From the NCBI GenBank assembly GCA_048498735.1, contig JBEHXK010000002.1, positions 28,057-92,056 on the forward strand: a stretch of DNA of 64,000 bases, read 5' to 3'. A model generated the notes under the pieces. It was not told the origin of the DNA. It saw only the letters and a list, made by a program, of their open reading frames with translations, and made no database searches. Made by a program: the position numbers and the translations under genes. Shown one piece after another: positions 46,522-55,308 of the stretch; the first letter of the stretch is position 1, and each line of letters begins with the position of its first letter. This stretch comes from Pseudomonadota bacterium. GTDB lineage: Bacteria > Pseudomonadota > Alphaproteobacteria > Rickettsiales > UBA8987.

Positions 46522-47527
46522 AGCAATCGGTGAATCATCGCTTTTTTCAAGGCCAACGCCGCATTTCTGGTATCAGAAGAACAGCCTTGCAGGTGACCTG
46601 CTTCTGCCTGTTTCGGTGATATATTTCATCGCGCGCAGGTTCGCAAAAAGCAAGAAAACACCGCAAAAATTCAATGCAAAAATAATCTGTATCGGCAATG
46701 CAGTGGCTGGCGGTTCCGGTAAAACGCCAACTGCGCTTGCGGTGATGAAATTATTAAAACGCCAGAAGCCTGATGCAAGAATTGCATTTATCTCCACCGG
46801 TTTTAAAGGTGCATTACGCGGGCCATTGCAGGTTGATTTGCAAAAACATGATTTCATTGATGTTGGTGATGAGGCTTTATTGCTTGCGAATTACGGCACT
46901 ACGATAATATGCAAAGAGCGCCTCAAGGCGGTTGAATTTGCTGATGCGCAAGGTTTTGATTATCTGATACTCGATGATGGGCTGCATGATAAATCTATAT
47001 TAAAAGATGTCACCTTCCTTGTGGTTGATGGCAAATATGGTTTTGGAAATGGTTATGTGATTCCTGCCGGGCCATTGCGTGATCGCCTTGATTTCGCAAC
47101 CGAGGGGGCTGACCATGTTATAATGATAGGTGAGGATAAAAACAGGGCGCTAGAAAAATTAAAATATGATACGAAAAAAGATTTTCTGGTGAGCCGTGCA
47201 TTTATTAATAATTTAAGTGAAGGCGATAAAGGCCAGATATATCTTGCATTTGCGGGGATAGGATATCCAAAGAAATTCTTTGATATGCTGACAAATGAAT
47301 TAGGGCTGGTGCTTGCGGATAAGGTTGAATTTTCGGATCATCATAAATATACAGATGATGATTTTAATTATTTAAATGAACTGGCAGAGGCGCAGAAGGC
47401 AAAACTTATAACCACAGAAAAAGATCTGGTAAAACTACCAAAAGATTTTGCCGCGAAGGTTGATTGCATAAAAATTGAGCTGGAATTCGAAGATGATTCT
47501 GTCAGCGAAATTCTAGAGAAGTTGTAG
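46502..47527 (+). CDS. lpxK: tetraacyldisaccharide 4'-kinase
   Basis: P-loop 'IGNAVAGGSGKTP', 'ILDDGLH' and 'DHH'. Overlaps the waaA end. ATG 46502 is preferred over TTG 46493. Confidence 0.9.
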   Translation: MLQKILKAIGESSLFSRPTPHFWYQKNSLAGDLLLPVSVIYFIARRFAKSKKTPQKFNAKIICIGNAVAGGSGKTPTALAVMKLLKRQKPDARIAFISTGFKGALRGPLQVDLQKHDFIDVGDEALLLANYGTTIICKERLKAVEFADAQGFDYLILDDGLHDKSILKDVTFLVVDGKYGFGNGYVIPAGPLRDRLDFATEGADHVIMIGEDKNRALEKLKYDTKKDFLVSRAFINNLSEGDKGQIYLAFAGIGYPKKFFDMLTNELGLVLADKVEFSDHHKYTDDDFNYLNELAEAQKAKLITTEKDLVKLPKDFAAKVDCIKIELEFEDDSVSEILEKL

Positions 47528-48118
47528 GATCTCTTTTCGCAGATCATCAATGCCGGTGCCTTTTTCAGAGCTGGTTTTTATTATTACCGGATGCAGAGCC
47601 GGATGTTTTTTTGAAACTGATTCAATCGATTTTACCGCCGCAGCCAGCTCATCCGAAGTAACTTTATCAACCTTCGTTAGCACGATCTGGTAAACCACCG
47701 CTTTTTCATCCAGCAGTTTCATGATCTTGATATCTTTATCCTTCAGGCCATGACGCGAATCGATCAGAAGAAATATACGACGCAGGCGAGGGCGGCCACC
47801 GAGATAATCTAATATCAGGCGATTCCAGTTGGAAATTTCCTTCTTGCCGCGTTCGGCGAATCCATAGCCCGGCATATCGACGAGATATATCTGCTCATCA
47901 AGCAGGAAGAAGTTGAGCTGACGCGTGCAGCCCGGAGTTTTTGAGACACGCGAAAGCGTGTTTCTGCCGGTGACGGCATTTATCAGGCTTGATTTTCCAA
48001 CGTTGGAACGCCCGGCGAATGCAATCTCATTATGATTGGTCGGCGGGATATCTTCTATATATACTGCGCCAATTTTGAAATCGCATGATGGCCAGTGGAT
48101 CTGTTTACTTTTGCCCAT
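47513..48118 (-). CDS. engB: ribosome biogenesis GTP-binding protein YsxC/EngB
   Basis: 201 aa with G1 'GRSNVGKSSLINA', 'DMPGYG' and 'LTKVDK'. Its 3' end overlaps the 3' end of lpxK by 15 nt (convergent). Confidence 0.9.
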   Translation of the reverse strand: MGKSKQIHWPSCDFKIGAVYIEDIPPTNHNEIAFAGRSNVGKSSLINAVTGRNTLSRVSKTPGCTRQLNFFLLDEQIYLVDMPGYGFAERGKKEISNWNRLILDYLGGRPRLRRIFLLIDSRHGLKDKDIKIMKLLDEKAVVYQIVLTKVDKVTSDELAAAVKSIESVSKKHPALHPVIIKTSSEKGTGIDDLRKEILQLL

Positions 48119-48963
48119 TATTTAAAAATTACGGTTTTGTTATCATTCAATATCACGCGGTGTTCTAAGTGCCATTTGACTGCGCGGAACAGAACCTGTG
48201 CCTCGATATCTTCACCTGTAAGTTTCAGATCTTCCGGCTTATAGCTGTGATCTACGCGTGTTACTTCCTGTTCGATTATCGGGCCTTCATCAAGATCATG
48301 GGTTACATAATGCGCAGTTGCGCCGATTATTTTCACACCGCGATCATATGCCTGATGATAAGGCTTTGCGCCTTTGAAACCAGGAAGGAACGAGTGGTGA
48401 ATGTTAATCGCCTTGCCTTTCAGTCGAGCGCATGCCGAGTCACTTAAAACCTGCATATAACGTGCAAGAACCAGAAGCTCCGCACCGGTTTTTTCATAAA
48501 GATCGAGGATCTGTTTTTCCTGCGATTTTTTATTTTTTGTCATCGGGAAGTGATAGAATTTTATACCGAAATCTTCCGCCCATGAGCGAAGATCATTATG
48601 GTTTGAAACCACGCCGACGATATCTGCATCAAGAGCGCCGATCTCATGTTTATGCAGCAGGTTGCTAAGGCAATGGCTGGCTTTTGAAACGGCGATGATG
48701 ATCTTGGCTTTCTTGGAAGTATCTTTCAGTTCATATTCCATTTTGAATTTTTTAGCGATGGGCTTAAAGCCATCTTCAATTTGCTTCGCTGATTTTGGGC
48801 AGGTGAATTCAGTGCGCAGGAAAAACCTGCCGGTAAATGGATCACCAAATTGTGCGGATTCTAAAATAAAGCCACCAATGTTGAATAAATAGCCCGTAAC
48901 ACCCGCAACGATGCCGGGTTTATCAGCGCATGAGAAGGTGAGTATGTAAGTTTTATCAGCCAT
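48118..48963 (-). CDS. purU: formyltetrahydrofolate deformylase
   Basis: N-terminal ACT domain ('LTFSCADKPGIVAGVTGYL') and formyltransferase core ('INIHHSFLPGFKGAKPY'). ATG 48963 is preferred; the track's longer form overlaps pepP. Confidence 0.9.
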   Translation of the reverse strand: MADKTYILTFSCADKPGIVAGVTGYLFNIGGFILESAQFGDPFTGRFFLRTEFTCPKSAKQIEDGFKPIAKKFKMEYELKDTSKKAKIIIAVSKASHCLSNLLHKHEIGALDADIVGVVSNHNDLRSWAEDFGIKFYHFPMTKNKKSQEKQILDLYEKTGAELLVLARYMQVLSDSACARLKGKAINIHHSFLPGFKGAKPYHQAYDRGVKIIGATAHYVTHDLDEGPIIEQEVTRVDHSYKPEDLKLTGEDIEAQVLFRAVKWHLEHRVILNDNKTVIFK

Positions 48964-48965
48964 AT

Positions 48966-50705
48966 CTATATTTTTGCGGTTGCACCTTTGAGCCATTTTT
49001 TCTCATCAGCATCTAAAAGCGGCGAAACCTTATTATATACATCATCGTGGTAATTGTTAAGCCAGTCAATTTCTTCCTGGTTGAGCAGTTTTTTATCGAT
49101 GAGGTTTTTATCTATCGGCGCCATTGTTAGCGTTTCAAATTCATAAAAGCCAGCTTTATCGCTTTCTTTCACCAGAACAAGGTTCTCGATGCGAATGCCA
49201 TATTCGCCCTTTTTATAAAAGCCCGGTTCATTCGAAAGCACCATTCCTGCTTTCAGTGGTGCATTATTTATGCGGCTGATGCTGGCAGGGCCTTCATGCA
49301 CATTGAGGAAAAACCCGACGCCATGCCCGGTGCCGTGTTTGTAATCCAAGCCATTATTCCAGAGCGCTGCGCGCGCAAGAACATCCAGATTTGCACCGCT
49401 ACAGCCTTTGAGGAATTTCTGTTTTGCGAGGGCGATATGGCCTTTCAGCACAAGGGTGAAATTCTGTTTCTCTTCGGCAGTTGGCTTGCCAATTGTGATG
49501 GTGCGGGTAACATCAGTTGTGCCATCATAATATTGTGCGCCGGAATCCAGCAGCAATATGCCATCACCTTTTATTGTGGCTTTGGTTGCTTCCTCAGCGC
49601 GATAATGGATTATGGCGCCATTGCCCTTCCAGCCTGCAATTGTATCAAAACTCAGTGAATAAAAATTCTCACCTTTGAAACGGATTTCTTGCAATTTATC
49701 AGCGATTGAAATTTCATCGAGTTTTGTTTTGCCGATATTTTTTTCAAGCCATGTAAAGAATTTTGCAAGTGCGGCACCATCCCGGATATGCGCAGTTTTG
49801 GTTGCCTCGATCTCGGTGCTGTTCTTTATCGAACGTGCTTCCAGGCACGGATCAGTTGCTTCAATGATTCTGCCCTTATTCTTCTCTATCGCGGTTTTGA
49901 ATTTCACCGGAGTTATGGCAGGATCAAGCTCAACAGTTTTATTTGAGATCTGTTTCAGATCAGAAAATATTCCGGCGGTTTCGCGGATAAAAATATCAGC
50001 ATCGATCTTATTCTCGATCTTCTCAAGAGCTTTGATATTGCCGTATAGATAGACCTCGCCATGATTGCTTAACAGAGCGTAAGCGAACATAACAGGCGTA
50101 TGCGCCAGATCATTGGCTCTAATGTTAAGTAGCCAACATATAGACTCAGAAGAAGTAAGCAGAAGATAATCCGCCTTGCATTCTTTCGTGATAGTTTTAA
50201 TTTTTTCCGATGCCTTCTTGCCACTGAATTTTTTCTCCAAGATGAACGGTTTTGTATCGAGCGGTTTCGGACGCTTTTGCCAGATCTCATCGATAAGGTT
50301 CTTTTCGCTCTCAACTAATTTTATACCGCTTGCGGATAATTTTTCATGCAATTTTTTTGAAGATGTGATGCTGAAAATTTTCGGATCATAACCGACCTTA
50401 CTGTTCTTCTTAAGGTTTTCAGATAGCCATTCGACCTCATTTTTTTCTGAAGAATCAAAAATCTCAAACTCGTTTTTATCAAGCTGCAGGCTTGCCTGCA
50501 GAGTATAGCGGCCATCAGTGAAAAAGGCGGCTTTAGTTGCGGTGATAACTGCAAAGCCTGCAGAACCGGTAAAGCCGGTGATGTATTTCAAGCGTTGTAA
50601 GTGTGGAGGAACATATTCGCAGCCCCATTCATCGCGCATTGGGATGAGATAAGCATCAAGCGCATATTTTTTGAGTGAGTGGCGAAGTTCGGTCAGTTCA
50701 TTCAT
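48966..50705 (-). CDS. M24 family Xaa-Pro aminopeptidase (aminopeptidase P-like)
   Basis: 579 aa with a creatinase/prolidase N-domain and the metal-binding core 'DSGAQYYDGTTDVTRT', 'HGTGHGVGFFLNVHEGP' and 'LSNEPGFY'. Confidence 0.85.
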   Translation of the reverse strand: MNELTELRHSLKKYALDAYLIPMRDEWGCEYVPPHLQRLKYITGFTGSAGFAVITATKAAFFTDGRYTLQASLQLDKNEFEIFDSSEKNEVEWLSENLKKNSKVGYDPKIFSITSSKKLHEKLSASGIKLVESEKNLIDEIWQKRPKPLDTKPFILEKKFSGKKASEKIKTITKECKADYLLLTSSESICWLLNIRANDLAHTPVMFAYALLSNHGEVYLYGNIKALEKIENKIDADIFIRETAGIFSDLKQISNKTVELDPAITPVKFKTAIEKNKGRIIEATDPCLEARSIKNSTEIEATKTAHIRDGAALAKFFTWLEKNIGKTKLDEISIADKLQEIRFKGENFYSLSFDTIAGWKGNGAIIHYRAEEATKATIKGDGILLLDSGAQYYDGTTDVTRTITIGKPTAEEKQNFTLVLKGHIALAKQKFLKGCSGANLDVLARAALWNNGLDYKHGTGHGVGFFLNVHEGPASISRINNAPLKAGMVLSNEPGFYKKGEYGIRIENLVLVKESDKAGFYEFETLTMAPIDKNLIDKKLLNQEEIDWLNNYHDDVYNKVSPLLDADEKKWLKGATAKI

Positions 50706-51967
50706 TACAGGGTTTTGAATCTTTCCAGTGCAAAAGGTTTAACATCTATCTCAGGCTGTTTACCCTCGATAAGATCTGTCGCCATTTTTGCACTTGCGAA
50801 AGCCATTGTCCACCCTAACGCACCCTGACCGGTGTTAAGCACCATATTTTCATAGATGCTGTTGCCGATGATAGGACGAAAATCTGGTGTGGCAGGGCGC
50901 AAACATGCCCATTCTTCTGCGGCATCGATATTGCCAGCATCAGGGAAAACCTTGCGTGTGAGGTTTTTTAGCATGGCAATGCGCTCTTTATCAATGCTGT
51001 GATCATAACCCGCGAATTCAGCGGTGCCGGAAACACGCATACGATTGCCGATGCGACTGAACACTGCACGCGCATTCTGGTATGTTATGCTGGTGATTGG
51101 CGCTTTAGCTTCGTTAGTGATCGGAACTGTGATGCTATAGCCTTTAAGCGGATAGATCGGCAGTTTTATGCCAAGTTTTTTCGCAATGATAGGGCTATAT
51201 GCACCAAGGCTATATATAAAGGCATCGGCCTGAATATTACCCTGATCGGTAACTACCGATTTTATTTTGCTGCCATCACGCTCTAGATTTTCAATCGTTG
51301 TGTTATAACGGAACTCAACGCCCATTTCTTTCAGCTTATTTTCAAGGCCGACGCAGAATTTGTAAGCATCACCCGTATCATCGATCTGGTCGCGCACCGC
51401 GCCGACAATAACACCGCGAAGGTGAGAAATGTTTGGTTCATGTTGCAGCAGGTCATCAAATGAAAGCTTTTGATATGGTGCACCAAGAACTTCCTGCAAA
51501 CGAGCCTGTTTCAGGCCGGAATCAAAACTATCCTGATCTTCATAGACGAATATTTTGCCGGTTTTCTGGAAATCAAAATCGAAATCAAATTCATTTTCAT
51601 ATTGGTGAAGAACTGCACGTGAATATAAACATAAGTTGAGAATATGTCTGGTGTTCTCATCTTCAGATCTTTTATTGCAGTTCAGCACAAAACGAACCAG
51701 CCATGCCCACATCTGAAAATCAGCTAAACGAAAACGGAAGCGTAGGGGAGCATCCTTCCTGCCCAGCCATTTCAGGCCTTTTATCAGTGCTGCTTTATTT
51801 GCCCAGGGTTGCGCATTACAATATGAAAGCTGTGCGGCATTCATGAAGCTGCATTCCTGCGCAGTGCCGGAATTGCGATCAATAACAACTACATCATGGC
51901 CGTTCTTCTTAAGAAAATAAGCGGTGGTTATCCCAATAACGCCAGCGCCTAAAACTGCTACTCTCAT
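50705..51967 (-). CDS. dadA: FAD-dependent oxidoreductase, D-amino acid dehydrogenase-like
   Basis: 420 aa with the dinucleotide fold 'MRVAVLGAGVIGITTAYFL', and DadA-like length and C-terminus ('NTGQGALGWTMA'). Confidence 0.75.
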   Translation of the reverse strand: MRVAVLGAGVIGITTAYFLKKNGHDVVVIDRNSGTAQECSFMNAAQLSYCNAQPWANKAALIKGLKWLGRKDAPLRFRFRLADFQMWAWLVRFVLNCNKRSEDENTRHILNLCLYSRAVLHQYENEFDFDFDFQKTGKIFVYEDQDSFDSGLKQARLQEVLGAPYQKLSFDDLLQHEPNISHLRGVIVGAVRDQIDDTGDAYKFCVGLENKLKEMGVEFRYNTTIENLERDGSKIKSVVTDQGNIQADAFIYSLGAYSPIIAKKLGIKLPIYPLKGYSITVPITNEAKAPITSITYQNARAVFSRIGNRMRVSGTAEFAGYDHSIDKERIAMLKNLTRKVFPDAGNIDAAEEWACLRPATPDFRPIIGNSIYENMVLNTGQGALGWTMAFASAKMATDLIEGKQPEIDVKPFALERFKTL

Positions 51968-52045
51968 AAATAAGGAATTTATTATTCAGAAAGCATCATA
52001 TATAGTAATAAAAATTTTTTTAAAGATGATTTAGCGGACTTAAGG

Positions 52046-53779
52046 ATGAGTGAGTCTTCATTAATAGATATTGTTAAGCTTCTGGGCGTTGCCATAAGCA
52101 TTCTGGTTATATTCAGGCACCTTAACATCAGCGCGGTACTTGGTTATATTGTTGTTGGGGTGTTGATAGGGGCTGACGGCCTGCATGTGATAAAAGATAC
52201 AGAATCGACCCAGCATTTTGCCGAATATGGCGTGGTTTTCCTGCTTTTTGCGATCGGGCTGGAGCTGACTTTTGACCGCTTGAAGGAAATGCGAGCGCAT
52301 GTATTCGGCTTCGGCAGCTTGCAGGTGGTTTTATGCGCGATATTAATCACTGCGATCACATATCTGATGACAAATAACTGGCTGCGGGCCTCGATCATCG
52401 GGATGGTGATGTCGCTTTCATCAACAGCGGTGGTGCTGCAGGTTATAAGTGACCGCGGCGAGCAGGCTACCCAGCATGGCAGGCTCTCACTTGCGGCTTT
52501 GATATTACAGGATCTTGCATTCGTTCCGTTAATGATCGTTATTCCACTGCTTGCGGATAAAAATGCGAATTTCTTGCTTTCCATAGGCGAAGGTTTATTG
52601 CGTGCTGCACTTGCGCTGGTGTTGATCGTGATCGTGGGTAAAAGGCTGTTAGGCCCGCTTTATCGCCTGATCGCCTCACAGGAAAGCCATGAGGTTTTCA
52701 TCGCAACAACGCTTTTGATATTACTGGGTTCGGCATGGTTCACACAATATTACGGGCTTTCGCTTGCTTTCGGCGCATTCGTTGCCGGGCTGCTGGTTGC
52801 TGAAACGGAATATCGTCACCAAGTGGAAATTGACCTGAAGCCATTCAAAGGTTTGCTGATGGGACTGTTTTTCATCAGTGTTGGTATGTCGATCGACCTT
52901 GATATTTTAAAGGATAGTATCTGGCTGATATTAACTTTCACTGCAACGATCTGTTTCTGCAAAACCTTCATTATATATGGCCTTGCGCGCGCTTTCGGGT
53001 TTATGCCTGCATCATCTATCAGAACCGGAATGCTGCTTTCACAATCATCAGAATTCGCATTTGTATTACTTGGTGTGGTGTTCTCACTGGGCTTGCTTGA
53101 TGGTGATCTGGAGCAGATATTTATCATATCGGTTGCGCTTTCAATGGCGATAACGCCGCTGCTTGCAAGCCTTTCGGCTATCATCTCACGCCGAATCGAC
53201 CTGAAAAACCCGGTGCATTATGAAACCGGTGATATCGAGAAGGAAGTTTCTGACCTCGGCAACCATATTATAGTAGTGGGGTTTGATAATGTCGGCAAAA
53301 CCACCTGCGACCTGCTTACATATAAGGAAATTCCATATGTTATAGTGGATGAGGATCCGCGCTCAGTGCATTATGGCCGCAAGAATGGCTATCCAATTTT
53401 CTATGGCAAATATGGCAGCACGGCTGATCTTGAGAAGCTTGGGCTGGAGCGTGCAAGGCTGGTGGCGTTGACATTTAATGATCGCAAACGCGTGAATGAC
53501 CTGGCAAGTGACTTAAAGAAAAATTACCCGAATAAACATATAGTTGCGCGTGCGCAGGATCGCTGGCATGCACGTGATCTGAAGGCGCATAAGGTTGAAA
53601 TTTCTATAGCCGAGAATTTTGAATCAAGTCTGATGATCGGCAATTTTATCCTCTCATCTTTGGGCCTGCCTGAAAGCGAACTTGTGGATGCCATAAACCG
53701 CTTCCGTGAAAGGGAATTTCCCGATTCGCAGATCGAAGGCCTTTCATACCGTATCAAAAGTGATGTTAAGCCAGTTTAG
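52046..53779 (+). CDS. CPA2 family monovalent cation:proton antiporter with RCK/TrkA-N domain (KefB/KefC-like)
   Basis: 577 aa: about 12 TM helices, then 'HIIVVGFDNVGKT' (a Rossmann-type RCK domain). Confidence 0.85.
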   Translation: MSESSLIDIVKLLGVAISILVIFRHLNISAVLGYIVVGVLIGADGLHVIKDTESTQHFAEYGVVFLLFAIGLELTFDRLKEMRAHVFGFGSLQVVLCAILITAITYLMTNNWLRASIIGMVMSLSSTAVVLQVISDRGEQATQHGRLSLAALILQDLAFVPLMIVIPLLADKNANFLLSIGEGLLRAALALVLIVIVGKRLLGPLYRLIASQESHEVFIATTLLILLGSAWFTQYYGLSLAFGAFVAGLLVAETEYRHQVEIDLKPFKGLLMGLFFISVGMSIDLDILKDSIWLILTFTATICFCKTFIIYGLARAFGFMPASSIRTGMLLSQSSEFAFVLLGVVFSLGLLDGDLEQIFIISVALSMAITPLLASLSAIISRRIDLKNPVHYETGDIEKEVSDLGNHIIVVGFDNVGKTTCDLLTYKEIPYVIVDEDPRSVHYGRKNGYPIFYGKYGSTADLEKLGLERARLVALTFNDRKRVNDLASDLKKNYPNKHIVARAQDRWHARDLKAHKVEISIAENFESSLMIGNFILSSLGLPESELVDAINRFREREFPDSQIEGLSYRIKSDVKPV

Positions 53780-53862
53780 AACGGCGGTTTAAGCCATATA
53801 TAAGCGCTTGCGGAAACGCAATATTACTATATTATCTCACCCGTAAATAATTATGGCTTTTA

Positions 53863-55287
53863 ATGACTAATTCCAATCCTTCTTCCATGCTTAAAAATCT
53901 GAAACCACTGATAATAAAAGGCAAAGAATATCTGCCTATCATTGAAGGTGGTAAAGGTATCGGTGCGACCAATGGCCAATCATCAGGCGCATTTGCAGCT
54001 AGCGGTGCCATCGGCACTTTCTCTGGCGTTAATAGCGACAGGTATGATGAAGCCGGTAATCTGATCCCGGTTGTTTATCGTGGTTTGACCCGTCGTGAAA
54101 GGCATGAAGAACTGGTGCAAATGGGCATTGAAGGCGGCATTCAGCAGGCGCAGATCGCGCGCGATATTTCCGGCGGCAAGGGCCGCGTTCATATGAATAT
54201 TCTTTGGGAAATGGGAGGTGCAGAACGCGTTCTGCATGGCATTCTTGAAGGTGCAAAAGGTTTGGTTGATGGCATCACCTGTGGTGCCGGTATGCCTTAT
54301 CGCTTGGGTGAGATCGCCGAAAAATATAACGTTCTTTATTACCCGATCGTTTCCTCGATGCGTGCATTCCGCGCACTTTGGAAACGTGCTTACAGCAAAT
54401 ATAGCCATCTGCTTGGTGGTGTGGTTTATGAAGATCCATGGCTTGCAGGCGGACATAACGGCCTTTCAAACGGTGAAGACCCAAAACGTCCGGAAGATCC
54501 GTTCCCGCGCGTGGCTGAAATCAGAAAATTCATGAATGAAGTTGGCTTGAATGATACGCCTATCATTATGGCTGGTGGCGTTTGGCATTTGAAAGATTGG
54601 CAGCACTGGCTTGATAACCCTGAGATCGGCCCGATTGCATTCCAGTTCGGTACGCGTCCGCTTCTAACGCAGGAAAGCCCGATATCAAAAGCATGGAAGG
54701 ATAAACTTCTGACCCTGAAACCAGGTGATGTTTACCTGAACAAATTCTCACCGACTGGTTTCTATTCTTCTGCGGTTGAAAATGATTTCCTCAAAGAAAT
54801 GAAAGAACGCGCTGAACACCAGGTGGAATATCGCATGGAAGTTGAGGGCTATTTCTCTGAGCCGCTGCCGCTGCCACCACGTGGTCGTCCGGTTTACATC
54901 AACCCGGAAGATATGGACAGGGTGAAGCAATATCAGGAACAGGGATTCATCACACCTATGAAAACGCCGGATTCAACTTTGATATTCGTGACGCGCGAAA
55001 AATCGGAAGAGATTCTGAAAGACCAGATCGATTGCATGGGCTGCTTGAGCCATTGTGCATTCTCGAACTGGAAAGATCATGATGATTTCACTACCGGCAA
55101 GAAAGCTGATCCGCGCAGTTTCTGTATCCAGAAAAGTTTACAGAACATCATCCGCGATAAATCGGTTGAAGATAATTTGATGTTCGCCGGCCATAACGCT
55201 TATAAATTCGCGCAGGACCCGTTCTATAATAACGGTTTCATCCCAACAGTGAAACAGCTGGTTGATAGGATAGTTACGGGGGAATAG
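53863..55287 (+). CDS. nitronate monooxygenase (NPD/NMO) family flavoprotein, long form
   Basis: 474 aa. TIM-barrel flavoenzyme motifs 'IEGGKGIGAT', 'ITCGAGMPY' and 'IMAGGVW', with an extension of about 150 aa containing 'CMGCLSHC'. Confidence 0.65.
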   Translation: MTNSNPSSMLKNLKPLIIKGKEYLPIIEGGKGIGATNGQSSGAFAASGAIGTFSGVNSDRYDEAGNLIPVVYRGLTRRERHEELVQMGIEGGIQQAQIARDISGGKGRVHMNILWEMGGAERVLHGILEGAKGLVDGITCGAGMPYRLGEIAEKYNVLYYPIVSSMRAFRALWKRAYSKYSHLLGGVVYEDPWLAGGHNGLSNGEDPKRPEDPFPRVAEIRKFMNEVGLNDTPIIMAGGVWHLKDWQHWLDNPEIGPIAFQFGTRPLLTQESPISKAWKDKLLTLKPGDVYLNKFSPTGFYSSAVENDFLKEMKERAEHQVEYRMEVEGYFSEPLPLPPRGRPVYINPEDMDRVKQYQEQGFITPMKTPDSTLIFVTREKSEEILKDQIDCMGCLSHCAFSNWKDHDDFTTGKKADPRSFCIQKSLQNIIRDKSVEDNLMFAGHNAYKFAQDPFYNNGFIPTVKQLVDRIVTGE

Positions 55288-55308
55288 ACTTTAAGTTAAA
55301 GGACAGAA

